64,000 bases of DNA from Octopus vulgaris (GCA_951406725.2 OX597828.1:27838001-27902000); one strand, 5' to 3'. Shown: positions 25,645 through 39,077, counted from the first letter of the stretch. Program-made: numbers and translations. Notes: a model not told the origin generated them from the sequence alone.

Positions 25645-26513
25645 TATATATGGCCATACTTGAGAAGACCCATCCATCTTAGCAAAAATGAGGTCCAAAA
25701 CAGATATTGGTAATATTTATGCCCTTTCCTTCCTGCAGCCTGTGAAACTTAGTCAGCAACACACCCTCACAACACCCGTCCTTCCCTCAACTGAGGCACT
25801 ATTACTCAGTTACTGTCATTAGTTGGGAGCAGAACAGCCCTTATTCTTTCACTTGTTTGTGCTCTTTTTGGAACCACTCCCCTCATCCCGTTTCCCATAC
25901 TCCCAACATAATCCTTTACCATTTCATGTCAACTGAATGTCATCTCTACCATGAAGACCCCTTTTTTGTAACTCTCTATATTCACTTCTATGTACACCTG
26001 ACCCCTGTCTTTATCACTATGCATCCTATGTCTTACCTACACTTCACCTTTCCTCCTACCTACCCACCCATCCACCCTCAGTTCACTGCCCTAATCTCTC
26101 TCTATTTACTTTCTTGTTCCTTGATGGTATGGCTTGATGCATTATCATTATTCTTTCTCTCTCCCCCCTACTCGAGGTAGCAATGTCTCCCCTTTACAGC
26201 AAGACACCTGTTCTTGTCTCTCTTGTCTACTTTACCTATCTACACCTGGCATGATGCACCTCAACTCTGCACCCCAACCCCGTGAAGAGGTCTTATCTTG
26301 TGGCTTGCTCGGTGACTCGACTTATGCCGTTGCCATGAGACAAAGCACCCAGTTCACTGTAACGGGTTTAGCATTAGGAAGAGCATCTAGCAAGAAACCT
26401 TGCCAAAGCATTTGCTAGACACCAACACATCCCTCTGACTGGTCAGATGCTGGCAAACTGTCCAACCCATGCAAGTTTGGAACATGGATATTAAATGATG
26501 ATGATGATGATGA
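25645..26513 (+). mobile_element. probable 3' end of a second RTE-like LINE subfamily (ORF end plus long 3' UTR)
   Basis: Starts ..AILEKTHPS*, resembling the ..YAVTAKTRQ end of the LINE at 61 kb, and ends in the group C tail with (TGA)n. Segment 26170-26230 also appears inverted at about 3985-4030. Confidence 0.5.
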
Positions 26514-26543
26514 TACAGGAATATGATATCTAGGTGTGGAGAT

Positions 26544-26588
<45 letters not shown>

Positions 26589-26596
26589 AATGTACA

Positions 26597-26632
<36 letters not shown>

Positions 26633-26658
26633 CATACATGTATATATATATGTGTATA

Positions 26659-26699
<41 letters not shown>

Positions 26700-26795
26700 T
26701 ACCTATACCTGTCTGTATGTATATCCATCTTGGAATGTACATATTCATGTGTGTGTGTATATATATATATATACGCATATATATGCATGCATATA

Positions 26796-26852
<57 letters not shown>

Positions 26853-27759
26853 TTGTAACATATGGCCTATATATCTTACATTTATATTTGCAGATTTGAA
26901 CCTAGTTAAATCAGGATAAGAAATATATATACAAAAAAAGAATAATAATAATAATAACATAATTTGTAAGAAAAGTCTCCATTCAAGACTAATTTGAATG
27001 ATAATAATAGATATTCCAATATTTATTGCTGACAAAACCTTCGATGATTCAAAGAAGCCATTCAATTGATTCCCCTCCCCCTGCCCCATATTGGTTTGGT
27101 TGATTCTAAGAAGATATCATAGATAAAGACACCGCCACTTCTTTGCCGCAGAAAAAATGAATTATACCATAAAATCATTGATTACGGGTTTCAGTTTATC
27201 GTAAATTTCAATTGTTGGAAAGTTTGAAGCCGCTAGAAGCTGTATCTGTACTTATAATGTCCACAAAACATGATTTAGGTTCCAGGATTACCATTCTGGA
27301 AAATCTTCGGGCTTTTTTTTTTTGTTTGCTTTTTTCTTTTTCTTGTTTAGGTATTTCTTTAGAAAGATACGTGTTTATTTTTATTTATTTTATTTTTGTT
27401 CTTCTTCTTCAAGTCTCAATATGATGAATTACCAGTCATTTAGAAGTTGGGGTGATTTTGTGGGTAGTTTGATATTGAGGTTTTGGATTGAAAAATGTCT
27501 GATTTTGCAAAATCTCTACTAGGTGTAAGGGTGTTTGTTCAGTTACATTTAATCTGTCTTTCTTCACCAGAGTCACATAAAACATTTTCTTCTGGAATTC
27601 TGAACACTTGAGAGACGGAGAGAGAGAGAGATAAACCTATCACTGTCTGTCAATTTTGAAGTTCTATGGTGTCTAAATTAATGTTACTTTGTAATTTGCA
27701 TTTCTTTCGCTATTTTGGCTGCTGCTGTGTGTGTGTATGTGTATTAATATATATATATA

Positions 27760-27838
<79 letters not shown>

Positions 27839-28064
27839 CTTTTCTGTTCCCCTATCCTTATTCTGTCTCTCATATTCACCTTGTACCTTGAAGGTAATTG
27901 CTAGCCATTTCTCTCTCTTCCTCTCTCTCTCTCTTTCTCTTTAGCTTCTGGAAAAAATGGCTATTAGAAGCATTTTTGGAACCAACCGACAACATTTTCA
28001 CTATTATATAGAATGAGATTTTCTTTTACATTTGCTAATTATAATTTTAGTCCCTGGCTTTTCA

Positions 28065-28435
28065 TCTTTTATGTTTTACTTGTTTTATACATTACATTGT
28101 GGCCATGCTACAGCACTGCTCTGAGGGAGTTTAATTGAACAGATACCATCCAATATTTATTCGACAATCTGGTATCTATTCTCTTGGGCTCTTTTGTTAA
28201 GGGTGATTTGAAGAAACCACCATTTGATGTCAATCAATGGTGGGGTGACAAACACGAACACCAAAATACATACACACACACACACACACACACTGATTCT
28301 GTCTCTCAAATGCACTCACAAGGCATTGGTCAGCCTAAATCAGTAATAGAAGACACCTGCCCAAGGTGCTGCACAGAGGAACTGAAGCCAAAGCCCTGTG
28401 GTCACAAAGCGGCCTTCTTAACCACACGGCCAGGC
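28065..28435 (-). mobile_element. SINE group A, diverged
   Basis: ttttacttgttt..ggccatgct..cactcacaaggcattgg..agaagacacctgcccaagg..aaccacacggcc. Confidence 0.8.
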
Positions 28436-28927
28436 CTTAGGGAAAGCACAGAAAAATTATTTGCTGGCAGTTCAGGTAATAAATTGAACATTCTAGAACC
28501 AATGAGGGTCTTTTGTGGCAACACAATCTGCGGAAACCATCAACCGAATCCCCTCATCGAATTCCTAATATCTTAATAAAAGAATGATAAACTGGGATGA
28601 AAAGGTGAGATGGTCATGATCGGAATGGTTTATGCTTCTGCTCCACTTTGTATTAAACAACACCAACAAATATTGAACTTTTATGACCCATTTATTCAAT
28701 TTTAGCTCCAATATATATTTACCAAGCTATTTCTAGCATTAATGAGGTCACGGAGGTTGCAGGAACTATTAACCCATTTTCCTTACCATTATGAAAAAAA
28801 ATCATATTGTTTTTTTTTTATCAGACTAAGTATCAGAGTGGGGTCTTCTTTCTTCTGTGATGTTTCTTATGCCATATATTTCAAGCTATCATCTTTAGTT
28901 TCTGCATCTATGTGTGTGTGGTGTGTG

Positions 28928-29025
<98 letters not shown>

Positions 29026-29732
29026 AGTATAGATGTATGTGCACATATCTGTATATGTGTGTGTGTGTGTGAGTATAAGTGTATATGTGTACATATCTGT
29101 ATGTGTGTGTATGTGAGTATAGATGTATGTGTATAAGTGTATATGTGTACATATCTGTATATATGTGTGTGTATAAATGTATATCTTTTATCTTTTACTC
29201 CTTTCAGTCATTAAACTGTGGCCATGCTGGGGCTTCAAGAGATTTAAGTCAAACAAATTGATCACAGTATCTTTTTTTTCTGATCCCGATACCTATTTTA
29301 TTGGTGTTTCTTTTTGCTGAACCGCTAAGTTGCAGGGATGTAAACAAAACAACACTAGTTGGCAAGCAGTGGTGGGGGATAAGCACATACTCACACACAC
29401 ATATATATGTATAAATAAATGTGTGTGTGTGTGTGTGTGTGTGTGCATGTGTGTGTGCATGTGTGTGTGTGTGTGTGTGTACATATATATCTATCTCTGT
29501 ATATAAACTTAGATAAACTTAGATATGTTTCGACCTAAAAATATTTTATAATTATATACATAATTATAAAATATTTATAAAATATTTGTAAAATTTACCT
29601 ATAAGGTTTTTATTTCTGTGCTGACCACCTGGTAAAATCATTAATGATTTTTATCCTTTATTATAATTAATATTTTTAAAATATATGTTTATGCATATAT
29701 GTATACTTATGAACACACACAGATGTATTTCG

Positions 29733-29783
<51 letters not shown>

Positions 29784-30840
29784 CACACATAACCATACCA
29801 GCATGGAAGGTTGACATTAAACAATGATGATGATGCCACACACCCTCACACACACATTGAGTAATCATCAATACCAGAAACTCTGTCCAGTGTTGAGGAG
29901 CCTTTTAGCCATCTTTTCACCAAACCACACTATTTTGCCATCAAAATGGAAATTGAGTGGCCTGGAGCAAATTATATCCAGGTTTGACCATCTTTGAATA
30001 AGAATTCCTTTGTGATGTTCAGAGCAAATTGAAAGAATCAACATATCAGAAAATTGTCACCTTACGTAGAAAATTTGCTCATTTTACCTTTCTTCATACA
30101 TCCTGGCAATGAAGGAGACAGATCTTGTGGTATACATTACAATCAGTTTGTAAATCATCCATGTGTGTTCTTCCAGAAGATACAATGCTTAAGAGATTTT
30201 GGTTAATTACAAGGATGGCATAGAGCTGATCCATATGTTTTAAATTTGTGGATTACCTGACTCCTTTCTTTATTGACTAGAATTTTTTCAACAACTGTAT
30301 CTAGATTACTTTTGCTGGGATTTCTGATCTGTTGAAAAGAGCCGGCAAAAATTGCTTTTATGAACATTGAGTGAAAAGAATTTATCTATTTCTTTTTTTT
30401 CGTTCTGTAAGACGTTTTAATTTGCCTTTATTATTTTTCGTCTTTAACTGTAGATAATGTTGAAATGTCATTATATATATATATGCTTCTGTTAGCTTTT
30501 GTATGTGTATACACATACGCACATTCATATACCATTTTACAAATTCTGCTGATTAAGCTTTCACTCCACACTACACATTAATTGTAACTCTTCAATTTTA
30601 TTGAGTATTAACATTAAATTACTTATTTCTTGTGTTTTGTTGGTGGATGATTTCTCTTTTTCCATTTCTAACTTTGGAGAATCTTCACATTGATATATGC
30701 TTTAAAATGTCAGGTGAAATAATTTTTGAATTGAAGAGAAATTGTCAGGATATGCTTTTGTTTTAATTCTTGTATTGTTGTATTAATTCTGCAATTCTTT
30801 GTTTAAGAGTTTAAGAATGCTAAGAAATCATTGACATTAT

Positions 30841-30885
<45 letters not shown>

Positions 30886-31125
30886 TGTGTGCATGTATGT
30901 GTGTGCATGTGCGTGTGTGCACGTGCATATATGTGTGTGTGTGCATTTTTGTGTTTGTACTCCATCACTACTTGTGTTGGTTTGTTAACATTCCTGTAAC
31001 TTAGCAGTTCAGCATAAGAGACAGATAAGTACCAGGTTAAAAAACATAAAAATACTGGGGTACATTTCTCCAACTAAAACCTTTTAAAGTAGTGTCCCAG
31101 TATGCCTGTAGTCCAATAGCATATA

Positions 31126-31814
31126 CAGGGTGTGAGGGTTAAATTGTCGCCATTTTATATTTTTAATTTCATGAATGTGAATTGATTTTATCAACTACAC
31201 AGTATAGAAGGGACAGTTGGGCACTGTCTGTGAGAAAAACAACACCATGATGCAATTTACCCTGCCAGAAATTTGGAAACGACATGCTGTACTGCTTGGC
31301 ATTTGTGCTGGATACTCCAATATGAATGTTTCAGAGTGTTTGGGTGTGAATCTGACGGCATGTACAGAGAGTGATAAAAATCAAACATTCAGTCAACATA
31401 ATAGTGTTTGGAGTCATCACTAGTGATGACAACATTATGCCTCCATTCGTCTTCCCACATGGCCTCAGACTCAACACGGAGGCCTACATCAAGTGCCTGG
31501 AGGAGGTAGTGTTGCCTTGGGTGAAGAGGGTGGCTGTTGGAAGACCCTATGTCTGACAACAGGTTTTTGCACCATGCCACACAAGCAGGAGAACCCAGTC
31601 ATGGCTGTCAGATAATTTCTGTAACCACTTCACCCCTAACATCTGACCACCTAACACGCCAGACTGCAACTCCCTTGATTTTAATGAATAAATTTACTCT
31701 TTAGTATTTCAAGATATTTTTATGTGATTTTGATAAATATATCTGTTAAAATGAGATGTCAGTGTTACTTTCATCTTTGTGTAATATAGACAACAGTTTA
31801 TTCACCACACCCTG
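31126..31814 (+). mobile_element. internally deleted Tc1/mariner element, DD37D (maT) type
   Basis: TA|cagggtgtg..cacaccctg|TA. Remnant VFGVITSD..PYV*QQVFAPCH..*PPNTPDCNSLD has 37 residues between the mutated second Asp position and the last Asp. Confidence 0.88.
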
Positions 31815-31889
31815 TATATACATGTGTGTGTGTGTATAGATATATATTAAAGTGTACTTCTTTCAGATCTATGTTTTCTACAAACAAGA

Positions 31890-32287
31890 TATATATATAT
31901 ATATACACACACACACATAAATGTGTAATGGTGTGTGTGTGTGTGTGTGTGTGTGTTTGGGGTTACTCTAACTCCTCCCACACTGTCCAACCGGTTTTAG
32001 TGATTTTTGGTACTTATGTAGAGCATGTACCCTGAAGTTCAAATAAGGCCAGAATTTTTCGAAAACTCTATAATGCTTAGTTGGCATCAATTTTTGTGAG
32101 CCCAGTCGTTTGAATAGAAATTCCCATAACGATGTTATTTTTCCTACAGTTTTTGCATTTTTTCACATGTAAGAATTTCAACAAAATCAATAGAATAGCC
32201 TCTAATGAAATGCTTATTCAATACAAGGTCTGAGGTGGGCTTAACTTCAACATGGGAAACACGAGCAATGATGGGTCCAACAGCTAG
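31890..32287 (+). mobile_element. non-autonomous Helitron-like element
   Basis: TA/TG-rich 5' end, aactcctcccacactgtccaaccggtttt core, 3' acgagcaatgatgggt..cagCTAG|T terminus. Confidence 0.6.
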
Positions 32288-32296
32288 TATATACAT

Positions 32297-32353
<57 letters not shown>

Positions 32354-32357
<4 letters not shown>

Positions 32358-33564
32358 ACAGAAGTAAATAGATACCCCATAAAACATCATTTTGTTTATT
32401 TTAACTTCAAAAGGTTTATATTTTTCATTAATGGATATTTTTATGCTTCAGATTCTATATGTGACTGTTTAATCATGCCACATACAAAAGAAGCCTTGGA
32501 ACTGTCCAAATTTCAAAGAGGCTGTATTGTGGATCAATCTGAAGGTGAATTTAGTGTAAAATTGCAGAAAATCTTGGGATTCCACTTTCTACAGTTAATA
32601 GGGTGATTGTGCAATTCACCAGACAGGGGAAGGAGTCCTTATTACCTTTCCCAGGTTGATCAGAACCCTCTGATAGGTTCTTTTGCTTTGTTAAGTGAAG
32701 TGTGGAGGATAATCCTCATTGCAAGGCCTCTGACATAGCAGAGCAAGTTGATGTCAGTCTCAAAACAGCTGTCAGGTATCTCCACGAACTTGGCTACTAT
32801 GGAAAAGCAATAAGAAGAATGCCACTTCTTCTATTAGCCAATATCAAGTAGAGAAATGACTGGGCCAGTGAGATAATGGAGTGGCCACTAGCATTTTGGG
32901 ACACTGTCATATTCTTTGATGAGTGCAGATTTGCTGTATTTTTTGACAGTGGTTGAGTGTATGCTTGGAGACTCTGTGATCAAGAATTTGACATGAAAAG
33001 ATTGCGGCCAACAAAAAAACAAGGTATCTATTCTTTGATTGTCTGGGTAGCAATTTGGAGCTATGGTTGATCAGAGCTAGTGGAGTGTGAAGGAAACATA
33101 AACTCTGATAAATATGTGTCCATATTGCAGGAAGGATTCCTCCCAATCTTCTCCAGTGGTGAAATGATTAAAAGACTCTTTGTTTATGGAAGATGGGGCT
33201 CCTTGTCACACAGTTAAAAAGAATCAAGATTGGTTGGAAAAGAATGGCATTAAAAAACTTCCACAGCCAAGCCAGTTACCAGATATGAACCCTGTTGAAC
33301 ACCTCTGGGGCATAATGGACAAGACACTTCATAAAATGAACAAGAAAGCATCCTCAAAGCTGGATCTTTTGAGATTACTGCAGGAAACTTAGGAAGAAAT
33401 ACCCCAAGAGAACATTCAACATCTGATCAGTGGCATGCCTTATAGGATCCTTGTACAGAAAAATGCAAAGGACATGTCTACTAAATAATTAATGATTTAA
33501 ATGTATAATTTCAGATATAAATAAAGTTTAATGATAATAAGGGTGTCTATTTACTTCTGTCATG
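32354..33564 (+). mobile_element. near full-length Tc1 (DD34E) transposon, decayed
   Basis: TIRs catgacagaagtaaatagataccc / gggtgtctatttacttctgtcatg|TA. Confidence 0.93.
32475..33488 (+). pseudogene. Tc1-family transposase pseudogene (stops and frameshifts)
   Basis: MPHTKEALELSKFQRGCIV..VIFFDECRF..FMEDGAPCH..PSQLPDMNPVEHLW, with D-34-E spacing. Confidence 0.9.
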
Positions 33565-34464
33565 TATGTGCGCGTGCGCGCACACACATGATGGTCTCTC
33601 TGTCAAAGAGTGTTAAGGTTTTTGCCTAACAACCTGCACAAATGAATTGTTTAGAGTAATCAAATGTTCATGCTGCACATTACCTCACTTTCTCTATCAA
33701 ATCGATGTTGTCTGAACAGGTGCACACGGCGTACCTTGCAACAGGTGTTGAAGTGATCACAGAGCAAATATGAGATAAAGTATTTTGCTCCAGAACACAA
33801 CACTCCACCTGCTCTAGTAATTAAGACCTGACCTTGCGATCATGAATATGACACTCTAACCAGTGACCTAAAAGTAAAACAGTCTTAATAATGTACTAAA
33901 TGTGCAGATGTCCCATTGCAGACATATGCTGCTATCTCTACATTTCTTCCATCTGGAATTCTCTTTTTGGTGCTTATTGAACTCACCAAACATCTTTCTT
34001 TCTTTCTCTCACCATAAAAAGAAAGACAGTCTATTTCTTAGATGAAAGAAATCAGCATTTCAGTATCACAGAAAAATGCTATACAAATTAGAAGTAATCG
34101 ATTTTTCTTGGCAAGCTAAGAAATTTATGATATAGGTTCAAATCCTAGCTGAAGATTCACTTCAATATTGTTGCTGTTTAAACCTTGGAGACATTATTTC
34201 TTCTTTCAAATTCTTCTTGGGTTGCATCATCTGTGACAGAAGAGTGGAAAATCTGAAAGGCTTGGGTAACAAATCATCCTTTAAACTTATGACATCTCAG
34301 TCCAGATAAAGCGGTTATTATAAAAAGAAAAAGAAAACAAAAAAAAAACAACAGATGACATAATCTATGGCACATTTTTTTCACCAGTTGTTTCCCCACA
34401 AACACATGCAAAAATATTTTGGTAAATTTTTTATGCATTTTTTGTGTGCATCACATGTGTTTGT

Positions 34465-34541
34465 ATACACACACACACACACACACATATATGTATATAT
34501 ATATATATATATATATAAATACATATATATATATATATAAA

Positions 34542-34609
<68 letters not shown>

Positions 34610-34611
34610 AT

Positions 34612-34649
<38 letters not shown>

Positions 34650-34910
34650 GATGATGATGATGGTGATATATATATATATATTTATGTATTTATATATATA
34701 TGTATGTATTTATATATATATATGTATTTATATATATATGTATGTATTTATATATATATATGTATTTATATATATATGTATGTATTTATATATATATTTA
34801 TATAAATATATATATGTATGTATATACATGTATGTATATACATGTATGTATGTATGTATGTATATATATGTATGTATTTATATATATATATATATATAAA
34901 TATTTATATG

Positions 34911-34941
<31 letters not shown>

Positions 34942-34950
34942 GTGTGTGTG
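34465..34950. repeat. compound (TA)n microsatellite
   Basis: Direct reading. Confidence 0.95.
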
Positions 34951-35471
34951 TTGTCAAATGCTGCCAAACAGCTTATTAAGTTTAGTATTATGCTTAGTAA
35001 ATTTAGAATCTGAAATCTGAAATAATTTACAACCTGCAATATGCTATGCATGACATGCTATACCAAAGTTGCTACCATTCACTAAATATGCAAAATATCA
35101 TCCTTAGCTTCTAAGATTCATGGCTTATTCTTTTACTGAAAGTTGGGGTTTTTTTTTCCCATTTTTTTTTTCTTTATCATATTTTTTATAATCTCTTCAG
35201 ATGGTTGTCAAAGAAATAATAATATTCGACTCTGTAATTTATGTGATAAAACAGTTTGGAATGAGGAAAAAAAAAAAAAGTGGGTGGGACTAAACAAAAA
35301 ATTAATAAATAAAAATAGATGAAAAAATAGAATACTTAAAATAAATGCAAAAAATTCTTTAGAATCATCAAAGCTGAGGAAACTTTGTCACTGAACAAAA
35401 GAATCCCTTAAACAAAACTAAATCAAAACATAAAAATAACAATACCAACACCAATAATAATAATCATAATC

Positions 35472-35510
<39 letters not shown>

Positions 35511-36061
35511 GTAATAATAATAATAATAACAACAATAATGAGGTCCCTTTCAAAAAAAATTATTTGCTTGTAAAGCATGAAAGTAGCCATATATCAGACA
35601 AGGAGAAACTGACAGTTTTTCTTGTTCGTCTCGACCACTTCTTCACCTCTTAGTTCTGCCTCTCAGACTTTGAAGGTATAGAAACTTTATTGACTCAGTG
35701 ACTCTCAAACTGTGGGTCAATGATTGGAGGCTGGCATCAGGAATGAAGATGCTCACAAATTAATAGATTCATTTCACTTCTAACACAAAAAAATATATAT
35801 AAAATGAAATAAAATAGAAAATAAAAAAAATTTTAAAAATACCAAACAACAAGGAAAAGTAGAAATAAATTAATAAAAATGATAAAAATTTTTAGCATTT
35901 ATCATAATATCGATTCATTGAGGGAGTGTATAGTTCTAGAACTTTCCTTTCTAAATCTAAACTAACACTTTAGTTACCATTAGCCAAGGATATGGTTGTT
36001 GTTCTTAGAGCATGTTTAAAGCAGTGCTTCAAGTGGAATGCTCATAAGCGTTAAACCACAA

Positions 36062-36099
<38 letters not shown>

Positions 36100-36101
<2 letters not shown>

Positions 36102-36327
36102 TACTTTACTACCCACAAGGGGCTAAACACAGAGGGGACAAACAAGGACAGACAAGCGGATTAAGTCGATTATATCGACCCCAGTGCGTAACTGGTACTT
36201 AATTTATTGACCCCGAAAGGATGAAAGGCAAAGTCAACCTCAGCGGAATTTGAACTCATAACGTAACGACAGACGAAATACCACTAAGCATTTCGCCCGG
36301 CACACTAACGTGTCTGCCATCTCGCCT
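36100..36327 (-). mobile_element. SINE group B (alternative tail) inserted in (TA)n
   Basis: tactacccacaaggggctaaac..gaaaggatgaaaggcaaag..gccatctcgcc. Confidence 0.9.
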
Positions 36328-36340
36328 ATATATATATATA

Positions 36341-36543
36341 TGGGAAGCTTTATGAAAATAAACAAAAGACGAAGGCAGGTGGAGTACAAACAAACAATTG
36401 TATTAGTATGGCGCTCAGGAATATAAATAAAACAAGTCTTTTACGTTTCGAGCCTACGCTCTTCAACAGAAAGATACACAGAAAAAAAACACGGAGAGAA
36501 ACAAGGAGAGAAAAAAATGCGTGCAGAAGCTAGCGATTCAACA
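36341..36543 (-). mobile_element. about 200-bp hammerhead-bearing Penelope-like unit, family 1, between (TA)n tracts
   Basis: Shares the tatt..gctcagga..gtttcgagc..gctcttc..aga layout with 14186-14350. Confidence 0.7.
36437..36474 (-). ncRNA. minimal type I hammerhead ribozyme motif, all stems intact
   Basis: Minus strand TCTTT-CTGTTGA-A-GAGC-gtag-GCTC-GAAA-C-GTA-AAAGA: 5-bp stem I, 4-bp stem II, ACGT palindrome in place of stem III, GUA triplet. Confidence 0.7.
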
Positions 36544-36654
36544 TATATATATATATATATATACATATATAGTTGAATATACCTACGTCTACCAACTTTC
36601 ATCATCTCTCTTTAAACACACACGTGTGTATATACATACATCCATACATAACAA

Positions 36655-36725
36655 GTGGAAGTGGTTCAGTGGTAGAATGTTTGTCTGCCACACAGGTGGC
36701 CTGTGTTCAATTCCCAGCCAACACA
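36655..36725 (+). pseudogene. tRNA-Gly(GCC) pseudogene or tRNA-derived fragment
   Basis: gtggttcagtggtagaatg..ctGCCac..gttcaattccc; broken acceptor stem and CpG-type decay. Confidence 0.8.
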
Positions 36726-36729
36726 ACTA

Positions 36730-36772
<43 letters not shown>

Positions 36773-37197
36773 ATAGGTGCAGACATGGTCGTGACTAAAG
36801 AATTTGCTTCCCAACCACATGGTTCTGTGTTCAGTCCTCTTGTGTGCCACCTTAGGCAACTGTTTTCTACTATAGACTCAGGTTGATCAAATATTCTTGT
36901 GAGAGGATTTAGGAGTCAGAAACTGTATGAAGCCCATCATAGATATTTATGTGTGTGTGTTTTACTGTGTTAAGTCTTGACATCACTGGATGGCTGTAAA
37001 TGAGTGTCACCGACATGCAAGTGATGTCCTTCATTTCCAATCTTCTGTGAGGACATGTCTAGTTGTGGGGGAAATACCGCCTTGCTTGGAAACAGGTGAG
37101 GGTTGGTGAGAGGGAGAGCAACTGGCAGGAGAAAATCTGCCTCAACAAATTCTGAGCCATTGCAAGCATGGAAAAGTGGAGGTTAAAATGATGATGG
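36773..37197 (+). mobile_element. composite SINE: group A head joined to a group C (RTE-type) tail
   Basis: A head at 36773-36940, then gtcttgacatca..ggaaacaggtgagggttgg..gcatggaaaagtgg..atgatg. The same layout occurs at 44095-44455. Confidence 0.75.
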
Positions 37198-37217
37198 AGA
37201 TATTATATATATATATG

Positions 37218-37512
37218 TGTGGAGGCGCAATGGCCCAGTGGTTAGGGCAGTGGATTCGCGGTCGTAGGATCGCGGTTTCGATTCCCAGACCGGGTGTTGT
37301 GAGTGTTTATTGAGCGAAAACACCTAAAAAATGCTCCACGTCACTCCGGCAGGGGTTGGTGATCCCTGCTGTACTCTTTCACCACACTTTCTTTCACTCT
37401 TTCTTCTGTTGGCCTGCTCGCTTAGCCAGCGGGGTGGCGTCATTCAAAGGCTAAAACAATGCGAACGCATTGTGACCAGCGATGTGTAACAACATCTGAT
37501 GGTCTGGTCGGT

Positions 37513-37520
<8 letters not shown>
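37218..37520 (+). mobile_element. SINE group D, second head type, young copy
   Basis: ggaggcgcaatggcccagtggttagggc (A box), ggtttcgattccc (B box), CpG-rich, flanked by (TA)n. Confidence 0.88.
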
Positions 37521-37567
<47 letters not shown>

Positions 37568-38092
37568 AACGCATTGTATGTTCATATATATCTGCATATA
37601 TAACCACATAAACATGTACGTTTAAATGTATTTGTATATTTATCTAAGTATCTATCTGTGTGTGTGTTTGTGTCTATATCAAATGCCTTTTTCGTCCAAA
37701 CCATGTAAGATATATTTTTGTCGCCATGGTAATGGAAAAGTGGTGTAATGCACTTTACAATATGGAGGGAAGTATTTCAGTTGGATCTATCACATTTGTT
37801 ATTATTTTAAATATATATGTTTAATTTTAGTCATTATATTATAATTTCATTAAATATTCTCTTTCATTTGCCAACTTTTTATACATATGGAAATCTTCCT
37901 AGATATGTTTTGCTTTTCCATTATCTCAGGGTTCTAATTTACTATGATATAGCATTTATTACAAGATATATGTGTGTGTACACAGACATACATATAGATA
38001 GATAATATATACATGCATATATACATGCATATATATATATATATATATATACATATATAAAACATATATGTACATTTATATATATATATGTA

Positions 38093-38139
<47 letters not shown>

Positions 38140-38857
38140 GTATATATATCTATGTGTGTATGTATTTGCTGAACTTTCCAATTACCATGGTAACAGAAAG
38201 AAAGATACTTAACAATACTCAAAATTAAGAGAGAGATAGTAAAAAAACAAAGCAAGTATGTAAAACAATGTCAAAACAAGCAGAAATTCAACACAATAGG
38301 AGAATGCAAATATTTAAAAATATAATTCATTTCATATCAACCAGGTCTTTTGTTGTAGAATTATTTTCATGGGATCATGAAATCCCAAAGACCCAGATAT
38401 GGCATAGATGTAGGAAAGTAAGGAGAATTAATTCCATCTATCATAAATAATTTTCAAATCAAGACAAATTTAATCTGAATTTTAATCAGTTGTATCTGTA
38501 AAAATCCCAGAATTTTTACTTTTATCAAAAATGTAAAATTGAAGGACTTTGAAATATCAACTTTTTTATTATCATTGGATCTCATCAACTTTTTTTTTTC
38601 CTGTGTAACATGAAATATTTATTCACTAAAACTGAAAATAGATAAAAAGAAAATACAAATTTTCATTATTAGATATAAAAATCCAGCAGATAAAGGTAAT
38701 AGATTTTTAAAGTTCCTTAAACATTTTGTTTCATGCTACTTGAAGTACAGGGTAGCGGGGAGGCACAGATAGTGTGTGTGTTTGTATGTGTGTATACTTA
38801 CACAGATATATAATTTATGTATATAGATATAGATATATAGCTATATAGATAGATAGA

Positions 38858-38981
38858 TTTATTATTCTTAAACAAGAATGTTGTTGAGAGTGACTTCAAA
38901 GTTTTGGCCAATTATGCCATCGTTGGAGTGGCCAAAACTTTGAAGACACTAGTATCAAGATTTTTGTTTAAGAACAATAAA
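38858..38981. repeat. 53-bp-arm inverted repeat with an 18-nt loop
   Basis: Arms at 38858-38910 and 38929-38981, 8 mismatches by manual alignment. Confidence 0.9.
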
Positions 38982-39077
38982 CTTGTTCTCTATGAAACTA
39001 TAACAAAATGTAAAAACAAACATGGATAGATGGATGGATAGATCAATCGATCGATCGATCGATCATCATTTAATATT

